Source of the DNA: Burkholderiales bacterium
GTDB taxonomy: Bacteria > Pseudomonadota > Gammaproteobacteria > Burkholderiales > JAEUOS01
Reading direction: 5' to 3'
DNA: 39,557 nucleotides
NCBI GenBank assembly: GCA_043775255.1
Contig: JAYVST010000369.1
Span: forward strand, 1-39,557
The notes below the pieces were generated by a model, which did not search any database, was not told where the DNA came from, and saw only the letters and a list, made by a program, of their open reading frames with translations. Made by a program: the position numbers and the translations under genes. This document shows, piece by piece, positions 26,526 through 35,548 of the stretch (position 1 is its first letter; every line of letters starts with the position of its first letter).

Positions 26526-27386
26526 TCAACCCGCTTTGCCATCGGCAGCGGCCGCTACGCCGAATACTTCGTCCATCCGGCCCCAGGCGAAATCCGCCAA
26601 AAGTCGGTCAAGGCGCCGTTCCATGCGATCGATGTTCAGATAATGGCGAAACCGCGTCTTGGCATCGATTCCGGATACGCGAGGTTGCCCTGGATCGACT
26701 TCCCATGGATGGAAATAAAACGTGACCGGATTGCAGTCGATATTGTTGATGCGCTTGATCATCCAGTTGGACACCGCGTACGGCAAAAGCCGGAAGTACC
26801 CGCCGCCACTCGCCGGCCAATTGCGATTGAAGATGCGAACCGTGGTTGCCGGCACCTCCAAGAGCCCGTCCACGCGATGTGCGAAACGCGGCGCATCGGG
26901 CATGCCGTAATGATCATGGCGAATCGGATAAATGCTGGAACTGTAGACATAACCGGCGCGTCGCAGGCATTCGAATGCCCACAGATTGCCCGCGCCAATG
27001 GAAAAGCTGGGCGCGCGATAGCCCTTGACTTCCACACCGGCAAGGTCCTCAAGCAACACCTTTGCCAACTGGATGTCGGCAAAGAAGGCCTTCTCGGTCT
27101 GGTCGCTGGCTCGTTCATGGCCGTAGCCATGACTGGCGATTTCGTGGCCATCATCAACAATGCGCCGCACAAGCGTTGGATAGCGTTCAGCAATCCAGCC
27201 CAGGGTGAAGAACGTTGCCTTGGTTTGATGCCGCCCAAGCATCGCGAGGATTCGATCGATGTTGCGCTCGATACGGCACTCACGGGAATTCCACTCCTCC
27301 CTCTTGATGTAAGGCGCGAATGCCGAGACCTGGAAATAGTCTTCAACGTCAATCGACATTGCGTTGATCATTCCTGCGCCAGCCAT
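26526..27386 (-). CDS. polysaccharide deacetylase, PEP-CTERM-locus subfamily (NodB fold)
   Basis: It has NAMSIDVEDYFQVSAF, ATFFTLGWIAERYP, GHEIASHGYGHE and FYFHPWEVDPGQP. GGGAG lies 5 nt upstream of ATG 27386 (aa 22 of the track ORF). Confidence 0.85.
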   Translation of the reverse strand: MAGAGMINAMSIDVEDYFQVSAFAPYIKREEWNSRECRIERNIDRILAMLGRHQTKATFFTLGWIAERYPTLVRRIVDDGHEIASHGYGHERASDQTEKAFFADIQLAKVLLEDLAGVEVKGYRAPSFSIGAGNLWAFECLRRAGYVYSSSIYPIRHDHYGMPDAPRFAHRVDGLLEVPATTVRIFNRNWPASGGGYFRLLPYAVSNWMIKRINNIDCNPVTFYFHPWEVDPGQPRVSGIDAKTRFRHYLNIDRMERRLDRLLADFAWGRMDEVFGVAAAADGKAG

Positions 27387-27626
27387 CAATCTCCCGCTTT
27401 CATGTTGCGACCGCACCGAACAAGACTCTCGCGCAGTAGCTTTCCGCAATGAATGTCCGCCCTCAGTTGCACCAGCGGCGTAAACCAGCGGCCAACCGCA
27501 TCGCCGCGTAGGGCAGAATCACGCCATCGCACCGTTGCAGCCGGGGTAGCCGGATGACCGGCCGCCGCGTTTCCCTCAAGGATTACGGCCCGCAACGGAA
27601 AACCATAAGCCCTCAGACATCTGGAG

Positions 27627-28766
27627 CTATTCCGCCGCAACCTCTTTGTCTCCATGCGGCACCACCTCGGTATTCGCCACACGTATCGCATCGACAAGCT
27701 GGTGCAACAGGCTCAGTGTCGCGGAGTTCATGCTCTCGACGCGCAAGACAGCACGCTCAAGCCGCAAAAGCCGCTCTTCGATTTGCGCCGATCCCAGCAA
27801 GGGGCCAATCCCGGCTTCCTGAGCGCTTGCCTGCAATCTCGAAAGATCCACCTTGAACGGCCCGGTCTCTTCCATCGAACGAATTGCGCGTGGTCCCAAG
27901 GGAGCAATCACCGAGGACTCGCCTGGAGCTGCGGACATCATTCGGGTCGGGGCCGATGTTTCGTCGTAGATTTCCTTGGCAACCTCGTTTACGTCCTCCG
28001 CGTTGAACGCGATTTTGCCTCCAAGGAACCCGAACAGGAGAAGACGATCGCACAATAGGTTTATGCGTCGAGGCACCCCACCACTGGCCGTGAATATAGC
28101 GGCATGGGCATCGTCGCCAAAGTGCGGATTGTCTTTCCAGTCGGCGCACTTGAGACGGTGCTCGATATAACCGCGGGTTTCCTCGGCATCCATTGGTCCG
28201 ATATGGCACGAAGCGATAACCCGTTGCCGCAATTGCTGCATGTGGGGACTTTGCAGCATGTCGCGAAATTCGGGCTGGCCGACCAAAAAACTTTGCAGCA
28301 ATGCATGGTTGCCGTACTGAAAGTTCGACAACATTCGCAACTCCTCGACGGCGCGCGGCGTGAGATTTTGCGCTTCGTCGACAATCAGCACGCAACGCTT
28401 TCCCTTGAGCGTAAAGTTGTATAGAAAGGCTTCGAGCGCCATCAGGACATCGGATTTCGCCACATCCTTGGTGCGCACACCGAATGCCGCGCCAACCAAC
28501 CTGAGGGTGTCGTCCGCATCTAGCTGCGTGCTCACCAGATGGGCGGCAACCACCTTTTCGGCGTCCAAACTGTCGAGCAAGCCTCGGACGATCGTGGTCT
28601 TGCCCGCACCGACCTCGCCGGTGATGACGATGAACCCTTCGTTCTGATGCATGCCGTATTCCAGATATGCGGTAGCCCGGCGATGTTGCTTGCTGCCGAA
28701 ATAGAACGAGGGATCAGGATTGAGCTGAAAGGGCTTGCTGGTCAGGCCGTAGAAGGATTCGTACAT
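27627..28766 (-). CDS. ExeA/GspA-like AAA ATPase, PEP-CTERM-locus type
   Basis: 379 aa from internal ATG 28766, 11 nt after the upstream stop. It has MYESFYGLTSKPFQLNPDPSFYF, Walker A GEVGAGKTT and Walker B CVLIVDEAQNL. Confidence 0.85.
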   Translation of the reverse strand: MYESFYGLTSKPFQLNPDPSFYFGSKQHRRATAYLEYGMHQNEGFIVITGEVGAGKTTIVRGLLDSLDAEKVVAAHLVSTQLDADDTLRLVGAAFGVRTKDVAKSDVLMALEAFLYNFTLKGKRCVLIVDEAQNLTPRAVEELRMLSNFQYGNHALLQSFLVGQPEFRDMLQSPHMQQLRQRVIASCHIGPMDAEETRGYIEHRLKCADWKDNPHFGDDAHAAIFTASGGVPRRINLLCDRLLLFGFLGGKIAFNAEDVNEVAKEIYDETSAPTRMMSAAPGESSVIAPLGPRAIRSMEETGPFKVDLSRLQASAQEAGIGPLLGSAQIEERLLRLERAVLRVESMNSATLSLLHQLVDAIRVANTEVVPHGDKEVAAE

Positions 28767-28777
28767 ATGTAGTGACG

Positions 28778-30337
28778 TCAGAACTGCGCCGACAGCGAGC
28801 CAAGCAACGCGTTCTCGCGATACGGCGCTATCGTGCTGTCCGCACGCGAAGAACGAAGTCCGACGCTCATGTTGACACGGGGCGACAGGCGGGTGGTCAG
28901 ATTCACATTGAAATTGCGCTGCGTGGTGCTCAGGCCGCCGCTGGCTCCGTCGCTTCTGGACCATGAAGAAAATGCGTTCAGCGACGTCGAGGGCGACAGC
29001 CGGTGCGAGAGGTTGGAACTCATGCCGCGTTGTTTGACCGAGGGGCTGTTCGAAAAGTCGTCCACTCCGGCAGTCACAGCACCAAACGAGTCGACCACAC
29101 TCTGAAACAACGTGTACGTGGCAGTGTTTCTCAAGCCGTTCAATACAAGCGAAAGTTCCTGACGGCGCTGTACGGTAACGCGCGCGGAAAGAAAGCCGCT
29201 GGTAATGGTCGCGTTTGGCGAAATACCGGATTGCTGCAGAAGTGTGGACACCTGCTGCGCGCGCTGGACCGGATCCGGCACCGACGCTGCCAATTGGGCG
29301 AACAGCAAATCATAGTAAGTGCCTTGCGGGCCGGATGTCTGGGAATTCGGAGACGAAGTTGTCACGTTCTTGCTATCGGTAAACCGTATCGCCGTAAGTG
29401 GCATCCGATGCGCAAACGAGATGGTGTGTCCGTTGCCGAAGAACCTGCGCTCGCGGAAGACCGATACCTGGGTTCGTGGGGTCGGCGTCCAGTCCGCGCC
29501 ATAGCCAAAATTCGTCCGACTTTGCCTGGTCAAGGACGCGTAGTCGTTGGCTTCGACACCGGCGCTCCCGGTCAGGGTCAACTGCGGATCAATTCGGAAC
29601 TTCAGGCGCCCCTGCGCCTGGTCGCTCACACTTTTTCGAGCTGATCCGAAAGCGCTTGACTGCCGGCTGGCGTCAAACGTCCAGCTAAGGCTGGTAATCG
29701 TAGTAGTCCCGGAAAGGGAAGCGATAAACTGGTCAACGACGGAACTCGAAGCCAACTCACTCGCCGTGCGTGTTTCAGAGTGCGAGTAGCGGATCGTGTA
29801 GTCTGCAAAATTCCCCACCCGACCGCGAGCATAGGGGGACAGCCGGTATGTAGAGGTTTCCGTGCTGTTGCTGTTGGTGCTACCCGTCCCGGTTGCCTGT
29901 GGTCCGAATGCGGAAATCGATTGTTGTGAAATTTGGGCATTGAAATCAACGAACGCCCATTTATCGATCGCAGTCAATGTACCGAACGCATTCAGCGCGT
30001 TTTGCGTGGTATCGCCCTGCGTGCCCTTGGCGTAGATGAAATTGCGCAAGGAGTAGTCCGCATAAGCGGTCAATCGCGCAGCATTGGACTGGACGCGAAA
30101 TCCCGGGCTGATCTCGGTAATTTGCTCCGCTCGCTTGACCCCACCGGACAATCCAACGTTGTCGGTAAACGTTTCACTGAAGCTAACGCGTGGAATGATA
30201 CGCCAGGATTGTCCCGTCCCTCCCGGAGAACCGTCGCCCGACGGTTGCTGGGCGCCAGCGCAACCGGATGCGAATGCAAGGCAAAGCATCAAACGACTTG
30301 CTGTCACGTCGATGCCGCCCGCATGCCGCCAAGTCAT
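28778..30337 (-). CDS. outer-membrane beta-barrel protein of PEP-CTERM loci (uncharacterised family)
   Basis: 519 aa from ATG 30337, with AAGGGAG upstream. The signal peptide has a possible lipobox (LAFASGC). The sequence shows an alternating Ser/Thr/aromatic beta-strand pattern throughout and ends in a C-terminal Phe (SLSAQF). Confidence 0.7.
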   Translation of the reverse strand: MTWRHAGGIDVTASRLMLCLAFASGCAGAQQPSGDGSPGGTGQSWRIIPRVSFSETFTDNVGLSGGVKRAEQITEISPGFRVQSNAARLTAYADYSLRNFIYAKGTQGDTTQNALNAFGTLTAIDKWAFVDFNAQISQQSISAFGPQATGTGSTNSNSTETSTYRLSPYARGRVGNFADYTIRYSHSETRTASELASSSVVDQFIASLSGTTTITSLSWTFDASRQSSAFGSARKSVSDQAQGRLKFRIDPQLTLTGSAGVEANDYASLTRQSRTNFGYGADWTPTPRTQVSVFRERRFFGNGHTISFAHRMPLTAIRFTDSKNVTTSSPNSQTSGPQGTYYDLLFAQLAASVPDPVQRAQQVSTLLQQSGISPNATITSGFLSARVTVQRRQELSLVLNGLRNTATYTLFQSVVDSFGAVTAGVDDFSNSPSVKQRGMSSNLSHRLSPSTSLNAFSSWSRSDGASGGLSTTQRNFNVNLTTRLSPRVNMSVGLRSSRADSTIAPYRENALLGSLSAQF

Positions 30338-30353
30338 CGGCAAGCGAACTCCC

Positions 30354-31337
30354 TTACCCGGCACGGCCTTCGCCATACCCGTAACCATATCCGTAACCAT
30401 ACCCGTAACCATAGCCGCCTGCGGACGATTCACGTGCCTGATTCATGATCACCATTTTCACCGGGCATCTTTCAATCGTTGCCAGCGCCTGCTTGACGTC
30501 GGCCTGGGAGGTGCGCTCCGCCTGAACCACCAATACAACCTGCCCCATGTGCGTCGCGAGCACGCGCGACTCGGTTGTCAAAAGCAGTGGAGGTGAATCG
30601 AAAATGATGATCCGGTCGGGATACCGATTCGCGATCTCCCTCAGCAAGGATGTCATTGCATCGCTTGCCAGTAACTCCGTTGCCCTCTGCCTCGGGTTGC
30701 CGCTTGGCAAGAGAGTGAGCTTCTCGATATTTGTACGCAGGAGCACGTCCGAGATATTTGTCGTGTCCGAGGTGAGCAGATCCAACAATCCCGGAGCCGG
30801 TGGCAGTCCAAGCACATTTAGTACGGATGGACGTGCCACATCCGCATCCACAAGCATCACAGTATTGTCGAGTTCGGCTGCGATACTGATAGCCAGGTTT
30901 ACGGCGGTGTAACTCTTTCCCTCTCTTGGAAGCGCGCTGGTGACCATGATTAAATTACCGTCGGTGATCGGGGCAGCCCCTTTGCCCATGGCGTTCGCGA
31001 TCAACGGCCGTTTAATCACCCGAAACTCGTCGGCCATTCTGGAGCGCGGCGCCTCCGGTGTGATGATGTATTTCTCCGCCAATGCATGCAGATCGATTTC
31101 CACTCGCCTGGACTGAATCGCAGCTACGGGTTGCTTTTCAGCGTGGACATCAAACGGCGACACCTCGGTGCCAACCGATGGCGGCGGACGCGGCGCCTCG
31201 CCCGCGTCCTGGACGACTGCGGATCGATGCAACGGGACCATCTGCGGCGAAGGGACCGGCGTATCCGCTTCAGGAAACTCGACCCCAGCCTTGCGGAGTT
31301 GCTCGAGACGCCTGGCTGCCTGCTCAATCAGACTCAT
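30354..31337 (-). CDS. BY-type (Wzc C-terminal-like) tyrosine autokinase ATPase
   Basis: 327 aa with Walker A-like TSALPREGKSYT, Walker A-prime VMLVDADVARPS and Walker B IIIFDSPPLL. It ends in the Tyr cluster GGYGYGYGYGYGYGYGEGRAG. GAGGA lies 7 nt upstream of the ATG. Confidence 0.85.
   Translation of the reverse strand: MSLIEQAARRLEQLRKAGVEFPEADTPVPSPQMVPLHRSAVVQDAGEAPRPPPSVGTEVSPFDVHAEKQPVAAIQSRRVEIDLHALAEKYIITPEAPRSRMADEFRVIKRPLIANAMGKGAAPITDGNLIMVTSALPREGKSYTAVNLAISIAAELDNTVMLVDADVARPSVLNVLGLPPAPGLLDLLTSDTTNISDVLLRTNIEKLTLLPSGNPRQRATELLASDAMTSLLREIANRYPDRIIIFDSPPLLLTTESRVLATHMGQVVLVVQAERTSQADVKQALATIERCPVKMVIMNQARESSAGGYGYGYGYGYGYGYGEGRAG
30372..30419. repeat. 12-nt tandem repeat (about 3.3 units) encoding the (GY)7 tail of the tyrosine kinase
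   Basis: The minus strand reads ggc tat ggt tac ggg tat ggt tac gga tat ggt tac ggg tat ggc. Confidence 0.8.
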
Positions 31338-31346
31338 GGTTTGTCC

Positions 31347-32918
31347 TCACGCAGCCGGCGGAGCCTTGAGATAAAGGTAAGCCATTCCTAGGGCAAACGC
31401 AACCAGAAGTGCAGTCAGCACCGTGGCAAGCTTGAGCAAGCTATTCCTTCCTCGCCAGCGATCGGCGGCAGAAATATTCTTCGTCACGACCCCCAACAAG
31501 GGCAGTCCGGTCACTTCACGCAATGTCCGGCTGTCCATGAATACCGGCCTGACCTGGCTGGCGACGAAGGCAGACAGCAATCCCGCGACCAGGGAAATTG
31601 CAAAGGCAGCAGGAAGCAGGACAATACGGTTTGGGGCCACCGGTTGCGGTGATACGCGCGGCGGGTCGATCAGTCGAAAATCGGCAACTCCTGAGGTTGA
31701 GCCGAGGTCGCCGGTCAATGCAGCGGATTCGCGACGCGAGACCAGTTGTTCGTAATTTTTCTTATGGATTTCATAGTCCCTGTTCAGCTGTGAAAACTCG
31801 GCCTCGACCTGCGGCATGGTTTTCATCGACTCCTTGCCGCGCGCAAAGCGCGACTCATACTCGGCGACCCGCGCGCGCAAGGAAGCGACAGTAGCCTCGG
31901 TCTCGCCAAGGGAAACCTTGAGTTGCTGAAACACAGGATTGCTGCTGATCGACGACTTCGAAACAGGAATGGCGGCTGCGAGCTTGCGACGCGCGACCAA
32001 TTCCTGCCTCCTCTGCTCCTCGAGGTCCCTGATCAGTCGCCTTGCGCCGATGACATCAGGATGCTGTTCGGTGAATCGTTGCAACAGCGTATCCAGATTG
32101 CGTTTCTGGGCGTCGATTCGACTATCCAATTCGGGAACGGCCACTGTGTCGCCCGCACCACGCGAACCAGCATCGGGCAGCATCACCGGATCTTCGCCCT
32201 CGATCTGGCGCTTCAAGGCATCGCGCGCGTTCTCCGCCTCGCGCAACTCAAGCCTGGATCTGCTGAGTTGAGTGGATATCTCGGCAAATCGCTCGACCCC
32301 CCCCTTTCCTTCTGCAGCCTGCATTTCAATATTGCGCAGCTTGAATTCCTTGAGCCTGCTTTCGGCTTCCTCGAGCTTCTTTTCATAGCCTCGAATCTGA
32401 TCTTCGATGAACTTCTTCGCAGTATCCGAATCCTTGCGCTTGTCTCCAAGGCTGGATTCGACAAATATCGACGTGAGGGATTGCACCACCCGCTTCGCCC
32501 GTTCGGGATTGGAGTCCCGATACGCTAGCGTGTAAAGATTGTCCCTTCCAGTACTGACGATCTTCAACGTCTTTAGCAGGCCATCAATGAGTTCGTCTTG
32601 CGCCGCCTTGGATTTCGCTCCCAGATCCAGATCTGCCATCCGCACGAGTTTTTCGACGTTGGGGCGACTGATCAACGTTCGGCTCAGCATGCCGACCTGC
32701 TGTTCAATGTTCGGTTGTACCGCCAACCCGGACATCAAGGGCTGGAGGATTGATTGCGTATCGACGTAGATCCGTGCCGAAGCCTCGTACTTGTCGGGGA
32801 TGAACATGACCACGCCCACGCCAATGATCGCAGCGACCCAGGTAACCGCCGTGCCCAGGTAACGATGCCGCCACATCGCCCTGAGATAGCCCCCAAATTG
32901 TCTGAGAAGTTCGTCCAT
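31347..32918 (-). CDS. polysaccharide chain-length determinant (Wzz/PCP family, PEP-CTERM-locus subfamily)
   Basis: 523 aa. It has an N-terminal TM segment (GTAVTWVAAIIGVGVVMFI), a long charged coiled-coil middle, and two C-terminal hydrophobic segments. It lies directly upstream of the separate kinase gene. Confidence 0.85.
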   Translation of the reverse strand: MDELLRQFGGYLRAMWRHRYLGTAVTWVAAIIGVGVVMFIPDKYEASARIYVDTQSILQPLMSGLAVQPNIEQQVGMLSRTLISRPNVEKLVRMADLDLGAKSKAAQDELIDGLLKTLKIVSTGRDNLYTLAYRDSNPERAKRVVQSLTSIFVESSLGDKRKDSDTAKKFIEDQIRGYEKKLEEAESRLKEFKLRNIEMQAAEGKGGVERFAEISTQLSRSRLELREAENARDALKRQIEGEDPVMLPDAGSRGAGDTVAVPELDSRIDAQKRNLDTLLQRFTEQHPDVIGARRLIRDLEEQRRQELVARRKLAAAIPVSKSSISSNPVFQQLKVSLGETEATVASLRARVAEYESRFARGKESMKTMPQVEAEFSQLNRDYEIHKKNYEQLVSRRESAALTGDLGSTSGVADFRLIDPPRVSPQPVAPNRIVLLPAAFAISLVAGLLSAFVASQVRPVFMDSRTLREVTGLPLLGVVTKNISAADRWRGRNSLLKLATVLTALLVAFALGMAYLYLKAPPAA

Positions 32919-32981
32919 CAGCAGTACCCGCCGTGCCGGCGCGATGTTCGACCGGCTCGTTGTTTCGACTTGAATTTCACT

Positions 32982-33620
32982 TTAGAACCAACTTTGCGGA
33001 ATTATGAGCACGTCGCCCGGTTTCATGTCGACATTGGCGGAAACATCGCCCCGTTTGACCAGATCCCGTATGCGAACCGCATACTGCTTGCTCCCCTCCG
33101 AGGTACGCAAGATCGACGCCCGATTGCCATCCGCGAAGTCGGTGATGCCCCCGACAGCGATCATGACATCCAGCAAGGTCATTTTCTGCCTGTAGGGGAG
33201 TACCTGCGGCTTGGCAGCTTCACCTATAACTCGAATTTGCTCGCTATACGGCCCGACAAAACCGGTAACGATGACGGTGACAACCGGGTCGCGGATGAAT
33301 TTCGCTAGCTCTTTTTCGATGTCCCGCGCAAGCGCAGACGGATTCTTGCCCATGGCCTGCAGGTCTTCAACAAGCGGCGTCGCCAGTCGCCCATCAGGGC
33401 GTACCGGCACGCTCATTGACAACTCGGGGTTTCGCCAGACAATTATGTTGACGTTGTCGCCCGGTCCGATGATGTACTTGTAATCCGCCGAAGCTGCTTC
33501 CGCAGGCGCGGCCGGAAACTTGCTCGCGCATCCGGCCAATCCTCCCAAAGCGACCAACGCCACGCAAAACAGTGACAGGCTTCGTCTCAAAACACTCCCC
33601 ACACATTGTATCGGCCCCAT
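32982..33620 (-). CDS. Wza-like polysaccharide export outer-membrane lipoprotein
   Basis: 212 aa from ATG 33620, with GGAGAAGGA upstream; the 9 extra codons in the track ORF contain that RBS. It has the lipobox LAGC, the Poly_export motif YIIGPGDNVNIIVW, and an SLBB-like C-terminus ending GDVLIIPQSWF. Confidence 0.85.
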   Translation of the reverse strand: MGPIQCVGSVLRRSLSLFCVALVALGGLAGCASKFPAAPAEAASADYKYIIGPGDNVNIIVWRNPELSMSVPVRPDGRLATPLVEDLQAMGKNPSALARDIEKELAKFIRDPVVTVIVTGFVGPYSEQIRVIGEAAKPQVLPYRQKMTLLDVMIAVGGITDFADGNRASILRTSEGSKQYAVRIRDLVKRGDVSANVDMKPGDVLIIPQSWF

Positions 33621-33683
33621 GTCTTCCTTCTCCAAGTACAGGAACATTGTTACGCAACTAGCTAATTTAAAAAGGCTAAATCA

Positions 33684-33702
33684 TATTGTTCAATTAACAA
33701 TA
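33684..33702. promoter_or_regulatory. 19-bp perfect-arm palindrome TATTGTT-CAATT-AACAATA in the AT-rich divergent promoter region
   Basis: It lies between the export-gene start (33620, minus) and the SLT-gene start (33860, plus). Its 7-bp arms are exact reverse complements. It is a candidate operator only; no cognate regulator is visible in the window. Confidence 0.35.
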
Positions 33703-33859
33703 GTATCTGAAAAAGGCAATCTGCTGGTTGTTTTCGCTCAGAAAACACATTATTTCACACCAGTCCGATGGTTCCCCGGCGCAGCAAGCCTTTAAAATCC
33801 TTTCTGTTTCGACAATCGACGCCATCGCGATACTAGACAGCTGGCGTCAGGGTCTGCCA

Positions 33860-34777
33860 ATGTTCACCACAATCATATATCGCAGTGTCTTCGCGCTGGT
33901 CTGCGTCGCGGGATGCTTGATGACGCATGCGGCCGCGCAAGGCAAGGATGCATCGGATATCGACATCGCTGCGCTTCGCTTGAGCGCGCGCTCACTTGAG
34001 CACGGTGAGGGCGTGCCAAAGGATATTCTGCGAGCTGCGGAACTTTATTGCCTGGGCGCGCGCGCCGGTGACGCGGAAGCGCAGTTCAGTCTAGGCTGGA
34101 TGCACGCCAATGCGCGCGGCGTCGTACGCAATGATGCGCTCGCCGCATATTTCTTCCGCCTTGCTGCAGAGCAGGGGCATGAACACGCGAAGCGAATGCT
34201 GCGATTTACCGGCGACACCGCTTCCGGCCAGCCGCCTTGCATGGCCCCACCTCCGGCAGCTCAGGAACCTGTACCTCAGATTGTCGAGTTGGTGGAGCCT
34301 CCGATATTGACAATGACGCCGGCGCAACAGAGGGTCGCGGATCTGCTGCACAGATTGGCTCCGGAGTATGGCGTGAGTCCCAGACTCGCTTTTGCGGTTA
34401 TTCGTGCAGAATCCAATTTCGATGCGGCAGCGGTGTCGCCAAAGAATGCGCAGGGCTTGATGCAGCTGATTCCCGAGACGTCGGCCCGTTTCAATGTGAC
34501 AAAGCCATTCGACCCGGAACAGAACATCCGGGGGGGATTGTCCTATTTGCGCTGGCTGCTGGCCTATTTCAAGGGAAGCGTTCCGCTGGTCGCCGCTGCC
34601 TACAATTCCGGCGAAGGTACGGTAAACCGCTACAAGGGAATTCCGCCGTATCCCGAGACCAGGGGGTATGTCAAGCGCATTATCGATATCTTCAAACAGC
34701 GGCAGCATCCCTTCGATCCGAAAGTAACGGATCCGTCGCCCGAGTTGGTGAAGATCCTTGCCGGCGGGACGATGTAA
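33860..34777 (+). CDS. Sel1-repeat / SLT-domain lytic transglycosylase (probable lipoprotein)
   Basis: 305 aa from the first ATG; the track start is an upstream TTG. The signal peptide has VAGC. Sel1-like repeats are present (AAELYCLGARAGDAEAQFSLGWMHANARG, YFFRLAAEQGHEHA). The SLT catalytic region reads AFAVIRAESNFD...AQGLMQLIP...AAYNSGEG. Confidence 0.85.
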   Translation: MFTTIIYRSVFALVCVAGCLMTHAAAQGKDASDIDIAALRLSARSLEHGEGVPKDILRAAELYCLGARAGDAEAQFSLGWMHANARGVVRNDALAAYFFRLAAEQGHEHAKRMLRFTGDTASGQPPCMAPPPAAQEPVPQIVELVEPPILTMTPAQQRVADLLHRLAPEYGVSPRLAFAVIRAESNFDAAAVSPKNAQGLMQLIPETSARFNVTKPFDPEQNIRGGLSYLRWLLAYFKGSVPLVAAAYNSGEGTVNRYKGIPPYPETRGYVKRIIDIFKQRQHPFDPKVTDPSPELVKILAGGTM

Positions 34778-35548
34778 ATGCATTCGGCCCCGGCAGCGGC
34801 TTTGGCTTTGTCAATCGCGCTTCTTGCTGGACCACGGTTTTCTCTGGGAGCTGACCTTCCAGACATCGTCGAACGCGTCAAGCCTTCCATCGTCGCCGTA
34901 GGCACGTACAAGTCGACCGATGCACCTGCTTTCCGAATGCGCGGTACCGGATTTGTTGTGTCCGACGACAACCTGGTAGCGACCAACGCACACGTCGTCG
35001 CGGAGCCCCCTGACACCGCAAACGGCTCGAATTTCGTCGTGCGAGTCCGCCTTGCCGGCAAGACCGAGTTGCGTCGCGCGCGCGTCGTAGCGACGGCTCC
35101 GGAATTCGACCTCGCGCTGCTACGCGTCGAAGACGGCGGCTTGCCTAGGCTTGCGCTCAGGGATTCGGGCACAGTGCGTGAGGGTCAGGGCGTCGCATTC
35201 ACCGGGTTTCCGATCGGTAATGCGCTGGGTTTCGCGCCGGTCACGCATCGCGGCATCGTGGCGGCGATTACGCCAGTGGCATTGCCTGGGGGCACGGCGC
35301 AGCAGCTTAGCGAAAAGCTGGTTCGACGCCTGCGGGCAGGCAGCTTTGACATTTTTCAACTCGATGCGACCGCCTATCCTGGCAACAGCGGCAGCCCCTT
35401 GTACGACGTAAGCAGCGGCGAAGTCGTTGGCATCATCAACATGGTGCTGGTGCGCGGGACCAGGGAGGCGGCGCTGTCGCAGCCATCCGGGATCGCCTAC
35501 GCGGTACCTGCGAATTACCTTGAGGAGTTGATTCGCAGCGTCCGCTAG
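34778..35548 (+). CDS. secreted trypsin-like (S1/S1C-type, no PDZ) serine protease
   Basis: 256 aa with a signal peptide. The triad contexts are VATNAHVV (His), EFDLALLRV (Asp) and YPGNSGSPLYD (Ser). The ATG abuts the SLT stop (TAAATG). Confidence 0.85.
   Translation: MHSAPAAALALSIALLAGPRFSLGADLPDIVERVKPSIVAVGTYKSTDAPAFRMRGTGFVVSDDNLVATNAHVVAEPPDTANGSNFVVRVRLAGKTELRRARVVATAPEFDLALLRVEDGGLPRLALRDSGTVREGQGVAFTGFPIGNALGFAPVTHRGIVAAITPVALPGGTAQQLSEKLVRRLRAGSFDIFQLDATAYPGNSGSPLYDVSSGEVVGIINMVLVRGTREAALSQPSGIAYAVPANYLEELIRSVR

Noticed and set aside
27387-27626. The 240-nt gap between the ATPase and deacetylase genes, including ORF 27386..27697, as a hidden small gene or RNA
   Set aside because: The listed ORF overlaps the ATPase C-terminus and is Arg-rich. 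I could find no convincing hairpin, repeat or promoter motif by eye, so I left it unannotated rather than guessing.
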